Assembly: GCA_973895155.1 (NCBI GenBank)
Contig: OZ316897.1
Span: forward strand, 22,419,455-22,483,454
Direction: 5' to 3'
Length of the DNA stretch: 64,000 nt
Source of the DNA: Marsupella aquatica
Taxonomy: Eukaryota; Plantae; Marchantiophyta
Shown: piece by piece, positions 62,878 to 64,000 of the stretch
Layout: each line of letters opens with the position of its first letter
Position numbering within the stretch: the stretch's first letter is position 1
Position numbers and translations under genes: made by a program
Notes under the pieces: model-generated
What the model saw: the letters and a program-made list of their open reading frames with translations, nothing else
The model's database searches: none
What the model was told of the DNA's origin: nothing

Positions 62878-63459
62878 ATGGAGGATGCAACAGAGGAAAA
62901 CAGCAGCACAGCAGACGGAGCTACGAGGAGGGTGGTCGTCAGAACATTGGAGAGTGGAAAGAGCAGACAGGAAGGTGTACTGGAAGACATAGTTCGCTTA
63001 GAGAGGCGCATCTTCCCAAAGCACGAGTCCCTCGCTGAAACCCTCGACAAAGAGCTTCTGAAACGGAACGTGGGCGTTCTCTTTTCTCTGCAAGATGAGT
63101 ACTCCGACGACCAGGACAGTCACCCAGCTGAAAATCAGAAGCAATCCGCGAAACCCACAGCGAGAGCTGTGGCAGGGTATGTCATGTACTCATGTAGCTC
63201 CCTAGCGGCGTCCATAACAAAGCTTGCAGTTCGAGAGAGCTGTCGGAGGCAGGGCTACGGGGAAGCCCTCGTGAATGCAGCCATCGAGAAAGCTCGGTCA
63301 AAGAGGGTACTATGTGTCAATCTCCATGTGGACCCCCTGCGAACATCCGCACTGAATCTGTATAAAAAATTAGGGTTTGAGGTTGATACCCTTGTTCATT
63401 CCTACTATGCTCCCAGCAGGGACGCCTACAGGATGGTACTCACTTTTAGCTCTGACTAG
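62878..63459 (+). CDS. GNAT-family (RimI-like) N-acetyltransferase, 193 aa, intronless CDS
   Basis: IVRLERRIFPKHESL; VAGYVMY; acetyl-CoA motif A ITKLAVRESCRRQGYGEAL; LHVDP..ALNLYKKLGF..YY..RDAYRM. Confidence 0.92.
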   Translation: MEDATEENSSTADGATRRVVVRTLESGKSRQEGVLEDIVRLERRIFPKHESLAETLDKELLKRNVGVLFSLQDEYSDDQDSHPAENQKQSAKPTARAVAGYVMYSCSSLAASITKLAVRESCRRQGYGEALVNAAIEKARSKRVLCVNLHVDPLRTSALNLYKKLGFEVDTLVHSYYAPSRDAYRMVLTFSSD

Positions 63460-64000
63460 GGTTCAAGATTCAGGGTGCAAATTGGCACCTACTGTATTTA
63501 AGTGAAACCTCAAACCCCCCGGTACTAGTGCTCATTTTGCATCTGTTAAATACCATGAGGAAGTCATGCTCTCCATTATGTTAAGGTGGCAGTAATCGAC
63601 GGATTCGAGGAAGGCGTACCCCCTGATCTCTGGGTCCGAGTGATACCCAAAGTTTGACAGTCAGGGTGCTAACTGCCACTTCTGGTCGTTCGGGAATAAT
63701 CTCTTTTTGGTAAAACATACATCTGCATTCTCTAATTGTAAACGTTGGAGATGTCAAGGCGCTTTCAATGATCTCAGGGTGGAAATGATCGTTGCGTTTA
63801 AGGGCGAAAATGCCTGCCAATGATTTCATGGTGGGATTTGTCCATGAGCTCAGGATGGACACGCAACGAAGCTTTGAGGTAGTCAATCTCCGTGATCTTC
63901 GAGTGGTTTTGGAACTTGGCTTCAAGTAAGTCTTTGTCCATGATATGAGGGTGGATGTGAAACCTAGCTATTAGGACATCGTTCTCCATGATCTTAGGCT

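Overview
Eukaryotic land-plant genomic DNA. Gene content and intron structure suggest a non-seed plant such as a bryophyte; this is an inference. Six protein-coding genes were reconstructed by hand across GT-AG introns: a KANADI-type GARP transcription factor (+, 14765-18621), a single-Myb-histone telomere-repeat-binding factor (TRB, -, 27729-31011), a METTL16/FIONA1 m6A methyltransferase (-, 46256-49819), an uncharacterised multi-exon protein with about 7 'SLxxxDIxGxxP' repeats plus an EF-hand pair (+, ~52535-58944), the mitochondrial complex I ferredoxin (-, 59798-60265) and an intronless GNAT acetyltransferase (+, 62878-63459). A young full-length Ty1/copia element (36606-43136; TSD GTGCC, tRNA-iMet PBS, PPT) has gag and pol in the same frame separated by a single UGA, and its LTRs carry a copy-number-variable 18-bp ACGTG-containing array. 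An older solo LTR of the same family (22261-22603, TSD AAATG) lacks the array. The rest is decayed LINE, Helitron-like and MITE-like sequence and local duplications. The best leads are the DIxG-repeat/EF-hand protein and the gag-UGA-pol copia with its evolving U3 array.
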